From assembly GCA_964493715.1 (NCBI GenBank), contig CAZBPC010000014.1, positions 1 through 57,301 on the forward strand: DNA of 57,301 bases. The letters are read 5' to 3'. Below the pieces are notes generated by a model. The model was given only the letters and a program-made list of their open reading frames with translations. It was not told the origin of the DNA and ran no database searches. This DNA comes from an uncultured archaeon. Its GTDB lineage: Archaea > Asgardarchaeota > Lokiarchaeia > Sigyniarchaeales > SOKP01. Positions 39,916 through 50,300 of the stretch are shown one piece after another. Each line of letters begins with the position of its first letter. Position 1 is the stretch's first letter. Both the position numbers and the translations under genes were made by a program.

Positions 39916-40269
39916 TTAGATATACATACCCTCAGGAGGAGGTTTATTATAGTATGATCTTCGACTACCAAATATTTCTCTAAAAATATCCCTTACGCCT
40001 CTATTATCATAGCTTCTAAATATATCGCTAAAATCTACATTTTTAGGGTTATACCCCATTTGATCATAAAACTTTCTTTTTCGCGGGTCAATTAGAGTGT
40101 CATAAGCATTTTTAATCGCAATGAATTTTTCTTTAGCTTTCGGATCGTCTTTATTGAGATCAGGATGATATCTTTTAGCTAATCTATGATAAGCTAACTT
40201 GATTTGTTGCTCAGAAGCATCTTTTTCAATTTCAAGAATTTCATAAAACGTCTTTTTTCCATCCATCAT
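39916..40269 (-). CDS. short J-domain (DnaJ type III) protein
   Basis: FYEILEI...A....IK.AY.RLAKRYHPDLN. Confidence 0.9.
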   Translation of the reverse strand: MMDGKKTFYEILEIEKDASEQQIKLAYHRLAKRYHPDLNKDDPKAKEKFIAIKNAYDTLIDPRKRKFYDQMGYNPKNVDFSDIFRSYDNRGVRDIFREIFGSRRSYYNKPPPEGMYI

Positions 40270-40478
40270 AAATAAAGTGAAAAGGAGTACATAAAAAAGT
40301 ATGCGTGAAAAATAATAGATGTTTTGGCATCTTTTTTTTTAATTTCGAGGTGCTATCTTCCTTATTATTTTAAAAGATAAGTCGATTTTTTAATTCAGAG
40401 ATTGCATAAATTAACAATGATTTATTCAACTTCTCGTTTTAAACAATACCCTTTATTTTAATTCATTAATTATATGCT

Positions 40479-41090
40479 TTGGTATTTATGACAAATAATT
40501 TATTTAGGGGCAAAAAAGTAATAATCTTTGATTTGGATGGTACTATCGTGAAATTATTTGCCCCATGGCACGCGCTAAAAGAGTTACTTTCACAGAGATA
40601 TTCTAAGCGACATGAGGAAAATTGTGAATTTAAAAGTATTTCTGCCTGTCTCAGTAAAGTTGTCAAGAACGGAGATGAGTTAGAATTATTAGAAAATTTT
40701 GAAATCATTCGAAAATATGAACTTGAAAATATAAAAAAGACGGAACTTATTGAAGAAGTAGTTTATTTCATTAAAAATATAGAGAAATTCAAGGTTGAAT
40801 CTGATATTGTTTTAACTGTATTTTCACTGAATACCCGAAGAACCATAATGGAATCGTTAGATATTGCGGGGATTTCTGATAAAGTTGCGTTTATAATTGG
40901 ACGAGAAGATGTAAGAAAATGGAAACCTGACCCCGAGGGAATATTTAGGATCAAGGAGAATTTCAACGTTAGTACAGAACAAATGATATTTTTTGGTGAT
41001 ATGGATAAGGATATGGAAGCTGGAAAAGCAGCAGGAGTAGATTTCTTTTTCATAGATAGATTAATAAAAATGGTGGAAGAATCAAAATGA
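40479..41090 (+). CDS. HAD-superfamily hydrolase
   Basis: IFDLDGT, KPDPEG, FGD...DMEAG. Confidence 0.9.
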   Translation: MVFMTNNLFRGKKVIIFDLDGTIVKLFAPWHALKELLSQRYSKRHEENCEFKSISACLSKVVKNGDELELLENFEIIRKYELENIKKTELIEEVVYFIKNIEKFKVESDIVLTVFSLNTRRTIMESLDIAGISDKVAFIIGREDVRKWKPDPEGIFRIKENFNVSTEQMIFFGDMDKDMEAGKAAGVDFFFIDRLIKMVEESK

Positions 41091-41175
41091 AACCTTTTCA
41101 TAAAGTGGGATATTAAGCAACCTACTATTCAAGATTGTAGCTATGAAACACTATAAAAAGGTTAAAAAAGGAAAA

Positions 41176-42759
41176 TCACATGTAAGTGATTATAATATTA
41201 TATCGTTTAATTTCAGAATCAGTTTTTGCTTGTCCTAATGGAGTAAGAGCGATAACATCATTGCTTTTAATTTCTAAAGTGGTTAGTTTGATATTTGGAT
41301 CTTTCATGGATTCCATGTAAGGATTCCAGTATATTTCTTTTGTCATTGGGTTTGTTATCATCCATAAAATAGGATCTAAATTATAACCTATTATCCTCAT
41401 TGCTTTAAAAATATAACCTACATCTGCATCGAAAGGTACGACAATTTGAGCATTTTCTTCCCCTTCGATATTTCCACAAGCTAAGCAGTCATCCCGTTTT
41501 ACTATATCCAACTGGTCAAATTGACCATATACTCCATTATAATTTATATAGCTAGGATCCATTGGTTCTCCTATATCGCGACCGTGAACCCTAAATAAGA
41601 GTTTCAAAGCTTCTTGAGATTGAATACTAGCAATTATAGAACTTACCGTTTGCACTGCTGCAATTTTATTGCCAAGTATATTTTCCATCTCTTCAAATTT
41701 GAAATCTTGACCAAAAGTCTGCTTGATATTCTCTTTCCATTCTTTAATTTCTTCTATTGTCATAGTTTCTAGTTTTTCTGGGGGTACGTTTTCATTAAAA
41801 ACTCTTTCCCGTAATTGAACCAATTCTTCTTGGGCGAGTTCTTTTAATTTTACCACATCATCATCCATATTCATATCTGGTTTGAAACCATATTTCTTCT
41901 CAAAATTGACTTCTGCTTTAATTACGCAATGATTTCTATTTCTTGGTAATCCTTTCAAGGTACAAGCTGCGATTAATTTGTCATCAGCAGGTGGAATGGG
42001 AATTAAACAACGATAACAAGGAGTTAAGTTTAAAACTTCTTCTGTGTGGGTTCGATCGAAATCTTCTTCTACTTTCTTACGAATCATTGCCCGGACAGGA
42101 TCTATTTTTGATTGCATAATTTTCTCAATTTGGTCTTCCAGATCTTCTATCTCCCTTAAACCATTATAATAAGATTGAAATTCCATCTCATTAAGCTCCC
42201 AGAGTTTAGAATCAACAATTTTATCAATTTCCGCATCTCTATTTCTGTATTGGATTTCAGAACCTTTGGGAATCACAATCTGTACATGACCTTCAAAACC
42301 AACGGTGCCTCCTTCAACCATAGGTTTCTTCAATCTTAAACAAATTTTGTTTAGATCTAAGCGAGCATTAAAATTATCCAGAGCAGCCACGATCACATCC
42401 GATTCTTCAAATACCGAAGAAGGCAATTTTTGTAACTTTTCAAAGTAAAAATCAACATTTAAATAAGGATTCATTTCTTTAATCCTTTCAGCAGCAACTT
42501 CAGCTTTTGGTCTTCCCTCATCTCCTGATCGAAATAGCATTTGTCGAGAAAAATTTGAAATTTCAATGGTATCTAAATCAACTAATATGATTTTTCCTAT
42601 CCCCATCAAGGCAAAATCTTTTGCAATTTCGCATCCAAGTGCTCCTACTCCAACGATCATCATTGTAGCGTTAGATAACGTTTCTTGACTCCAACCTTCG
42701 ATCAGTTGCTGTCGAGCGAACATTCGAGATTTAAAAATCTCGTCTTTATTTTCTACCAT
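41176..42759 (-). CDS. ubiquitin-activating E1-like enzyme (ThiF family, Uba3-like)
   Basis: RQ, VGVGALGCE, D.DTIEISNFSRQ.LF, LDN..AR, GGTVGFEGH, TPCYRC, CTLKGLPRNRNHC, CLAC. Confidence 0.9.
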   Translation of the reverse strand: MVENKDEIFKSRMFARQQLIEGWSQETLSNATMMIVGVGALGCEIAKDFALMGIGKIILVDLDTIEISNFSRQMLFRSGDEGRPKAEVAAERIKEMNPYLNVDFYFEKLQKLPSSVFEESDVIVAALDNFNARLDLNKICLRLKKPMVEGGTVGFEGHVQIVIPKGSEIQYRNRDAEIDKIVDSKLWELNEMEFQSYYNGLREIEDLEDQIEKIMQSKIDPVRAMIRKKVEEDFDRTHTEEVLNLTPCYRCLIPIPPADDKLIAACTLKGLPRNRNHCVIKAEVNFEKKYGFKPDMNMDDDVVKLKELAQEELVQLRERVFNENVPPEKLETMTIEEIKEWKENIKQTFGQDFKFEEMENILGNKIAAVQTVSSIIASIQSQEALKLLFRVHGRDIGEPMDPSYINYNGVYGQFDQLDIVKRDDCLACGNIEGEENAQIVVPFDADVGYIFKAMRIIGYNLDPILWMITNPMTKEIYWNPYMESMKDPNIKLTTLEIKSNDVIALTPLGQAKTDSEIKRYNIIITYM

Positions 42760-42833
42760 TTTAAATAACGTGATTTTTTATTATATTAATATATAAAATA
42801 TTATAATTTTTCAATTAAATAAAAGCTCTTGTA

Positions 42834-44348
42834 GTGATTTTGGTGAAAAGAAAGGTTCTAATAATTCTTACATTTATTCTCATTCCACTCTGTAGTATCC
42901 CTTTAGTTCATTTAGAGGGCAAAAAATGCATTATATATTCATCGAATTCCATACCCAATTCTTCAAATTCTGCAATAAATCTTGCATTTGACGCTCAAGA
43001 TTATATTGGTTTATCTTCAAGTGTATGGGATGGCAATCTAACGGGAAAAGGTGTGACCGTGGCAGTATTAGATACAGGAATACAACCATATCATGATACA
43101 TTTACTTATGATGGTTCTCAGAGTTGGAACGAAAGGATAAAGGTATTTTATGACGAATCTATAGAAAATACGACTTCCCCTCCATATGATCTTCAATGGC
43201 ATGGTACGTGGGCAGCATCAATCTTAGGAGGAAACAGTTCATCATATACTGGAGTTGCTCCTGGAGTTGAGTTCGTTATAATGAAATTATTTTATGATGA
43301 TGGATCTGAAATAATATCATCATCCCCTATTATTAAAAAAGCTGTCGATTGGTTGATTGAAAATAAAGAAATTTATGATATTAAAATCGTTAGTATGAGT
43401 TTTGGTGTAAAATCTACTCCTGATAATATAAATAGCTTGGAACAAATAGATAGTGTTGTTACTCAACTTGTAGATGAAAATATTCTGGTGGTTGCTGCAG
43501 CGGGAAATGATAATGATGCTTCAAATCAACCAACAATTAACGCTCCCGCTTCTGCTAAATCAGTATTAGCGGTAGGTGGAGTTAATTATTATGGTGAAAT
43601 GTATTCACATAGTAGTAGAGGTCCTACTTATGAGGGCGTGATAAAACCTGATGTATGTGCACCGGCAGTTTCAGTGTATGGTGCTTATCCTTCCTCAAAT
43701 AATAGTTATGTATATGCAACGGGAACATCAGCTTCAACTCCTTTCGTAGCTGGTTTAGCTGCATTGATGATTGAAAAAGATCCCAATCTATCAGCATTAC
43801 AAATCAAAAATATAATCTCTCTTACTTCTTATCGTACTCTCTATCCTCAAACGATATCTGATAACATACAAGGATGGGGAATATCCCAAGGTTATGCTGC
43901 ATTAGAAGCGTTAGATACTCCAATTATCATGACAAACAACGTTCAATTCAACATTAATCTAGATGAAAATTATAGTGTCTTCTGTCAACCTATAATACTT
44001 CATCCTAATCATTACTTCTTTGAATTAAATCAATTAGATGATCTATCGGCAGAGATGTATCTCTTTGATTCTAATCCTGATAAATATGGTTCACCTGTTT
44101 TAGTATCAAATTCAATTAATGGATTATCGATACTAGAACCTACAAAGAGAATGGGTGCCTTTGTGAGCGAAACTCACGAGTATTTCTTAGTTGTAAAATC
44201 TCTAGAACGAAAATCTGGAGATTTCACCGTGCAATTCGTAATAGAATACAGGAATGGAATTCTCATTGTTCTTGCAATAATAAATGTTGTAGGTATTGTT
44301 TATGTTCTGAAAATAAGAAAAGACACTCTTAAAAGAAATGATAATTGA
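42834..44348 (+). CDS. membrane-anchored S8 subtilisin-like protease
   Basis: VLDTG, HGT, AAGN, GTSASTP catalytic motifs; N-terminal signal and C-terminal TM. Confidence 0.93.
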   Translation: MILVKRKVLIILTFILIPLCSIPLVHLEGKKCIIYSSNSIPNSSNSAINLAFDAQDYIGLSSSVWDGNLTGKGVTVAVLDTGIQPYHDTFTYDGSQSWNERIKVFYDESIENTTSPPYDLQWHGTWAASILGGNSSSYTGVAPGVEFVIMKLFYDDGSEIISSSPIIKKAVDWLIENKEIYDIKIVSMSFGVKSTPDNINSLEQIDSVVTQLVDENILVVAAAGNDNDASNQPTINAPASAKSVLAVGGVNYYGEMYSHSSRGPTYEGVIKPDVCAPAVSVYGAYPSSNNSYVYATGTSASTPFVAGLAALMIEKDPNLSALQIKNIISLTSYRTLYPQTISDNIQGWGISQGYAALEALDTPIIMTNNVQFNINLDENYSVFCQPIILHPNHYFFELNQLDDLSAEMYLFDSNPDKYGSPVLVSNSINGLSILEPTKRMGAFVSETHEYFLVVKSLERKSGDFTVQFVIEYRNGILIVLAIINVVGIVYVLKIRKDTLKRNDN

Positions 44349-44376
44349 ATTATAAGCTATAGAAATAATCATTATT

Positions 44377-47300
44377 TCATTTCTTTTTCTTTCCAACCTC
44401 TTTTAGCATCCTCTTAATTTCATCAGCTTTTTCTTTATCCTTGGTAATTTGAAATTCTTCGTCCTTTAATTTCCTTTTTTCTTCTGATTGATTGATTTCA
44501 TCAATAAGATCTTTCTTAAGATTGATTACTTCTGTTAAACTTTTTCTATATCCTATCGCTTCATTTTTAATTCTTTCCTTTTTCTGTTCTTCTAGTAATT
44601 TTAATTCTTTTTTCTTTATCTTTAAAATGTTCGTAATTTCGCCTGCAATATTACTCACTTCAGAAACAGTTTGACTTAGTTCTTTCTCTCTTTTCTCTGC
44701 TAACAATTTTTCTCTCCTTTTTCTTTGCAGTAAAACCTCATGAATTTTTTGAGCTTTTATTTCTTCTTCTTTAAATCTTTTTTCCATTAATTTTATGTTT
44801 TCAATTTCCTTTTGGATGTATGAAATTTCATCTTGCCAGCCAATTTGCTTGAATTTTTTAATAGCTCGCTCAAATGCGTCATATGCTGATATGAAATCAT
44901 TTTTAAAAGCTTTTTCCCTTCCTTTATCAATCAAGTCTAGCCCTTCCTCTTTGAGCTTGTCCGCCTTTTTCCGTGAAATATATTGATCTCTTAGTTTTCT
45001 ATCTTGCTCCTTTTTTTGTATCTCATATTCTAGATTCCTCTTCCTCACTTCTTCTTGGAAACGTTCATATTCACGCTGTCGTTTAATATTTAGTTGTTCT
45101 TCTTGCCATTTCTTCTTAAAGTATTCTGTTTTCTCAATTTCAAGATCTCGAATTAAATTGTTCAAGTTCTTTATCTCAGGTTCCCATCCAATTTTTTCTG
45201 CAAGAATATTTCTTGATTGGATATATAATGAAATAGCATTATCATAATCAGGAACTTGCTTCTTTAAATATTTTCCCGCTTCTTCCAATAAAGAGTAAGC
45301 TACTTCTCTATTCGTCATTTGTTCTTGTACCAGTCTTTCACGTTCTTTCAATGCTAAATTTCTAGCTGTTGCTTGCTCTCGTTCTTGTCTTTTTCTTTCT
45401 TCAAGTAGTAACTGAAAACGCCGATTTTCTTGGAAAGAATCTACTCTTTTTTGGTACTCAAATTCTTCATCTTGTTCTTGTTGTTTTTTCATGTCTAATA
45501 GTTTATTTATAGTTTCATTCAAGGCTTCTGTGGGAAACTGTATTTCATTTAAAATTATCATTGCATTTCTATATGCTTTAATTGCATCATCGTATTTTTT
45601 TTCTTGCATAAGTTCTTTTGCTCCATCTAAGATACTAAAAGCTTCTTCTTTCTTTTTTTCTGCAATCGCTGCTAATTGAGTCTTTTCCAACACTTTAATA
45701 TGTTTACTTTCGAGTCGCTTCTTTTCCTTGGACATATCCTCAGTAATTTTTTGTTGATATAATATTTCTTCTCTTTTCTTTTGTAATTGTCTCTCTAAAG
45801 CTTGTTGTTTCTCTATGCTTTTTTGTTTTTGCATATCTGATACCTTCTTAATCATTTGGGTTATAGATTCTGTGGGAAATCTTAATTCATTTAAAATGAG
45901 TTCTGCACTCCTGTAAAATTCAATAGATTTCTCATAATTCCCATTTTTCATAAAAATTTCAGCATTATCTAGTAAATTAAAAGCTTGTTCCTTTCGATTC
46001 TCCATATATCTCCTTTGTTCCTTTTGTTCTTTTAACTGGACTGTTTTCATTTTTAGTTTTGTTTTTTCTTGTTTTAAACTTTCTGCTATTTTTAATTGAA
46101 AAGCAATTTCCTCTTCTTCTTTCTTGAGAGATCGTTCAAATTCCTGTTGTTTTAATAGATTATCCTCCTGCATCTTTATCTGGATTTGCTGAACAGTTTC
46201 TCTAATGACATCAGTAGGGTAACTTATTTCACTTAGAACTAACTCTGCTTGATAATACTTTTCTATTGATTTTTTATACTGCCCTTTATCTAGTAAATAT
46301 TGAGCCTCATCTATGATTTTAAAGGCTTCCTCCTTGCGTTCATTTATTAATTGGATCCATTCTTCTCTCTTTTTGATCTCAAACTGTTTTGCTCGCAACC
46401 TCTCCTGTTCTCTTTCCATTTGTTCCTTTAATTCTTTTTCAAATAATTTTTGCTCTTGTATTTCATTAATTGTTTTAGCTCTTTCCAATTCTTTTCTATT
46501 TTCTAATTCTTGTTTTTTCTGTTTAGTATATTGCACTGATTCTTTCAAGATTGTTAAATAGCTTTCACTCCATCCAATTTCAACAAAAATATTTATCGCT
46601 TCAACATATTTTGCAATTGCTTCGTCGAATAACTCATTTTTTAATAGATTATCTGCATCATCGATTAATTTAAGCGCAATTTTTTCCTTTTCTTTACCTT
46701 CTTCTTTCATTTGCTTGAGTTGTTTCATTTTTGCGCTCTCTTCTTTTAGTTTTATATCTTCTTGTTGACGTTGGAGTTTAATCTTCTGAATGAATTCTTG
46801 ATTTACGTTTTCTTTTTCAACCGTTTCAATGAACTTTCTTTGCTTAATTATTTTTAATTCTTTATTCTTATTCTCTGCATCTTGGATTGCCTGATAAATG
46901 AAAGGAGCTTCTTCTAACCATCCAATGCGGGCAAATTTATTCGCAACGATATGATATATTTCGATAGCTTCATCATATTTCTTTTGAGAACTGAGTTCTT
47001 GAGCCTGATCTAATAGTTTAAATGCCTCTTCTCTCTGTGCTTCTTTAATCTTTAGTTCCGCATTACGTTCTTTTATCTTTATTTCTCTCTTTTTGAGTAT
47101 CTCTTGCTCTGCAATATTTTGATTTGATAATTGTCGTTGAAACTCATATTCTTCTCTTTCGTTCTTTATTTTCTCCTGTAATTCTTGTTGTTTAATCATA
47201 AACGCATTTTTCTTTTTCATTTGGATTTCTATTATTGAAGTTCTAATAAGGTTTAATTCATCAAGCCATTGAATTTCTGCAAAAATCTCTTCAACTTGAA

Positions 47301-50300
47301 GATATATATCAATTGCATCATCAAATTTTCCTTGATCAACTAATTTTTTAGCATCATCCATTAAATTGAATGCTTGATCCTTACGATGTTCTCTAAATTG
47401 GAGTTCTTCTTGATGTTGTCTGATAGCAATTTGTTTTTCTCTTACTTTCTTTTTTTCCTGTTGCAAATGCAGGAGCAAACTCTTTTGAAACTCATTATTT
47501 TCCTTTTCTCGCTTGATTTTTGCTTCTTCTAACTTCTGTTTAGATATTTCTTGCTCCTTCTTTCGAAATTTTAAATCTGAAATTGATTGCATTATTAATG
47601 GTAATTCTTCTTTCCATCCTATCACTTTAAAAATAGATTCTACTTTCTGATAATCAGCAATTCCTCCATCGAAATCTCCTTTAATTACTTTATCTTGTGC
47701 TTTATCTATAAGAGAAAATGCGAGGATTCGTTGTTCCTCATGTTCTTTTGATAATGATTCCTTTTTTGTTAGCAACAAGAATTTTTGGTTTAATCTTTCT
47801 CGTTCTTCTCTCATTTGAATAGATAATTTCTTTTGGAATAAAGCCTCTTCTCTTTCTTTTTGTAATTGGCGTTCCATACCTTTTTGTTTACTTAGATCTT
47901 CTTGGAATCTTTTTTCTTGTAATGTGATCCTCGTCTCTTTTATTAAATCGGTTGGGAATTGTATTTCATTCAAAATTAATTCTGCTTTTCTATACATTTC
48001 AAAAACTTCATCATAATTTCCTCTACTAACAAGGTTTTCAGCTTGTTCTAAAATAGTAAATGCTTCTTCCTTTTTCTGTTCCATATAGGTTTTTCTTTCC
48101 TCTTCTTGTTTCACCTTTATCTGCTTCAGTTTTATCCTTTTTGCATCCTCAATCATCAGCTTTTGCATATTTTCCTGAAATTTTTTATTTTCTTTTTCTA
48201 GCCTTACTTTATCCTCTAATTCTTTTTGCTTTAACAGCTCGTCTTCTCTTTTCTTCACCTGGATTTTATGGATCATCGCTGTTATCGCATCTGTTGGAAA
48301 ATCAATTTCACTTAAGATTAATCCTGCCTGTCTGTAAGTTTGAATTGATTGAACATAATCCCCTTGATTCAATAAGACTTCAGCATTATCAAGTAATTTA
48401 AATGCTTTGACTCGTTGTAATTCCATTCTAGCTTTTGTATCTTCCAACTTTTGTACTTCTATCTGTTTTTTTTGTAATCGTTCTTGTTCCCATTCCATTT
48501 GCCTCTTGATTTTTTTGTTAAAGATTTCTTCCTCCAGTTTACCTTCTTGGATTAGTTTTTCTTGTCGATTTTTTTCTTGTTCTTTCTCTACTTTACGGGT
48601 GTAAATCGAATCCAGCGTTTCCTTTAATAATTTTAAATAACCTCCCGTCCATCCAATTTCTTCTAAATCTTTGATGGATAGGGTGTAATTGGACATAGCT
48701 TCTTCGTATTGTTCTTGCTTTATCAACTCATCTGCGGTTTCTATCAATTTTAATGCCTTCTCTTGTTTTTTAAGATTTTGCGCACTAAGCACTTTTTTTC
48801 TCTCTAATTGCTCTACTTCTTTCTGAATTTTGATTTTTTCAACCTCTCTCTGACGTTTGACTTGATCTATAAATCGTTTATATGCTGTTTCTCGATTAAT
48901 ACCCTCTTCAAGTGTTTTTCGTTTCCATTCTTCTTTCTCAACTTTTTTATTTCCTATATCTCTTATTGCTTGGTCTATCAGTGGTAGCTCCTCTTTCCAC
49001 TGAATTTGAGCAAATATGTTGGCAACTTCATGATATAATTCTATAGCTTCATCATAATTTGTCAACGATATGAGATCTTGCGCTTTGCTTATCAATAAAA
49101 ATGCTTCATTTTTCCTTTTTTCTCGATATTCCAATTCTTTTTCATGTTCTCGAAGGGTAATCTCTTGTTTTTTCATATTTTCTTGTTGTATTCTCATTTG
49201 CGCGATTAATTGAGTTTGAAAAGCTCTCTCACTTTGTTCTTTTTCTAGTTTGTCTCTTAGTCCTTTTTCCTTCTTTTCTTGAACCTTACGTTTTTTTTGT
49301 TCTATTTCCAGAATTGAATTCTGTATTAGTTCGATTTCATCATACCATTGAATATCTGCAAAAATATTTACTATAGAATTATAAATTTTATTGGCAGAAT
49401 CAAAATCTCCTTGCATTAACTGAATTTGTGCTTCATCCATGAGCTGAAATGCTTCTTCCTTTCTTTTTTCTCGATATTCTAATTCGTTCGCCCTTTCTCT
49501 CATCTTGATATCTTGTTGTTTCAACTTCATACGCTCTATTTCCAATTGTTTAGATATCTGTTCTTGAAATTCTTGTTCTTTTTGAAGACGAATGAGAGAT
49601 TTCTGTCTTTCTTCTTGCTTAAGTTTTATTTCTTCTCTTTTTCTCAGTTCGAGTTCTTTTATAGAATTTTCGATCAGAGGTATTTCATCAATCCAATGAA
49701 TTTCAGCAAAAATATTAATTGCTTTAGTGTAAGAAAGGATCGCATTGTCCAAATCTCCTTCTCTAATGTATTTTTGTGCGTTTTCTAATATTTCAAACGC
49801 ATCTTTTTTTCGTTTTTCACGGATTTTTAGCTCTTCATTTTTACTCAATATTACAATTTCTTGCTTTTTTATTCTATTTCTTTCTCGCTCTAATAAGTTT
49901 GAAATTTGTTGTTGAAATATTAAATGACTCTCTTCCTTCTCATCTAGTCGTTTACGTTCTTCAAACTCTTTCTTTAATTGTTGCTCCTTTAAAATCTTAA
50001 CATTTTCAATCGTTGATTTAATGGTAGTCTTATAAGATTCCCAATCTTTCCCTAATTTTTCAAGTAAATCTAAAGCTTGTTGATATTTTAAAATAGCTGC
50101 ATCAAATTCTCTTTTATTTTGTAATGTATCATCAGCATCTTCAAGAATTTTTAGGAATTCCTGCTCTTGATGTTGTTCTTGCCTTCTTTGAGCTTCGTAT
50201 TTCAAACGTCGTTCTTCTAATTCCTTATTTGTTTTCTCTAATACTCCACTTTCCTTAGAAAATATTGTCTTTTGAATCTTTTCGATTTCTAATTCTCTTT

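Noticed and set aside
41088-41160. UGA read-through of the HAD gene and other TGA-ending genes
   Set aside because: The domains are complete at the TGA, there is no Cys/Gly redox context, and I noticed no SECIS-like element downstream.
44492-50000. Short + strand ORFs inside the giant gene (and similar antisense ORFs elsewhere)
   Set aside because: They are Phe/Ser/Leu-rich antisense shadows of Lys/Glu-rich coding sequence.
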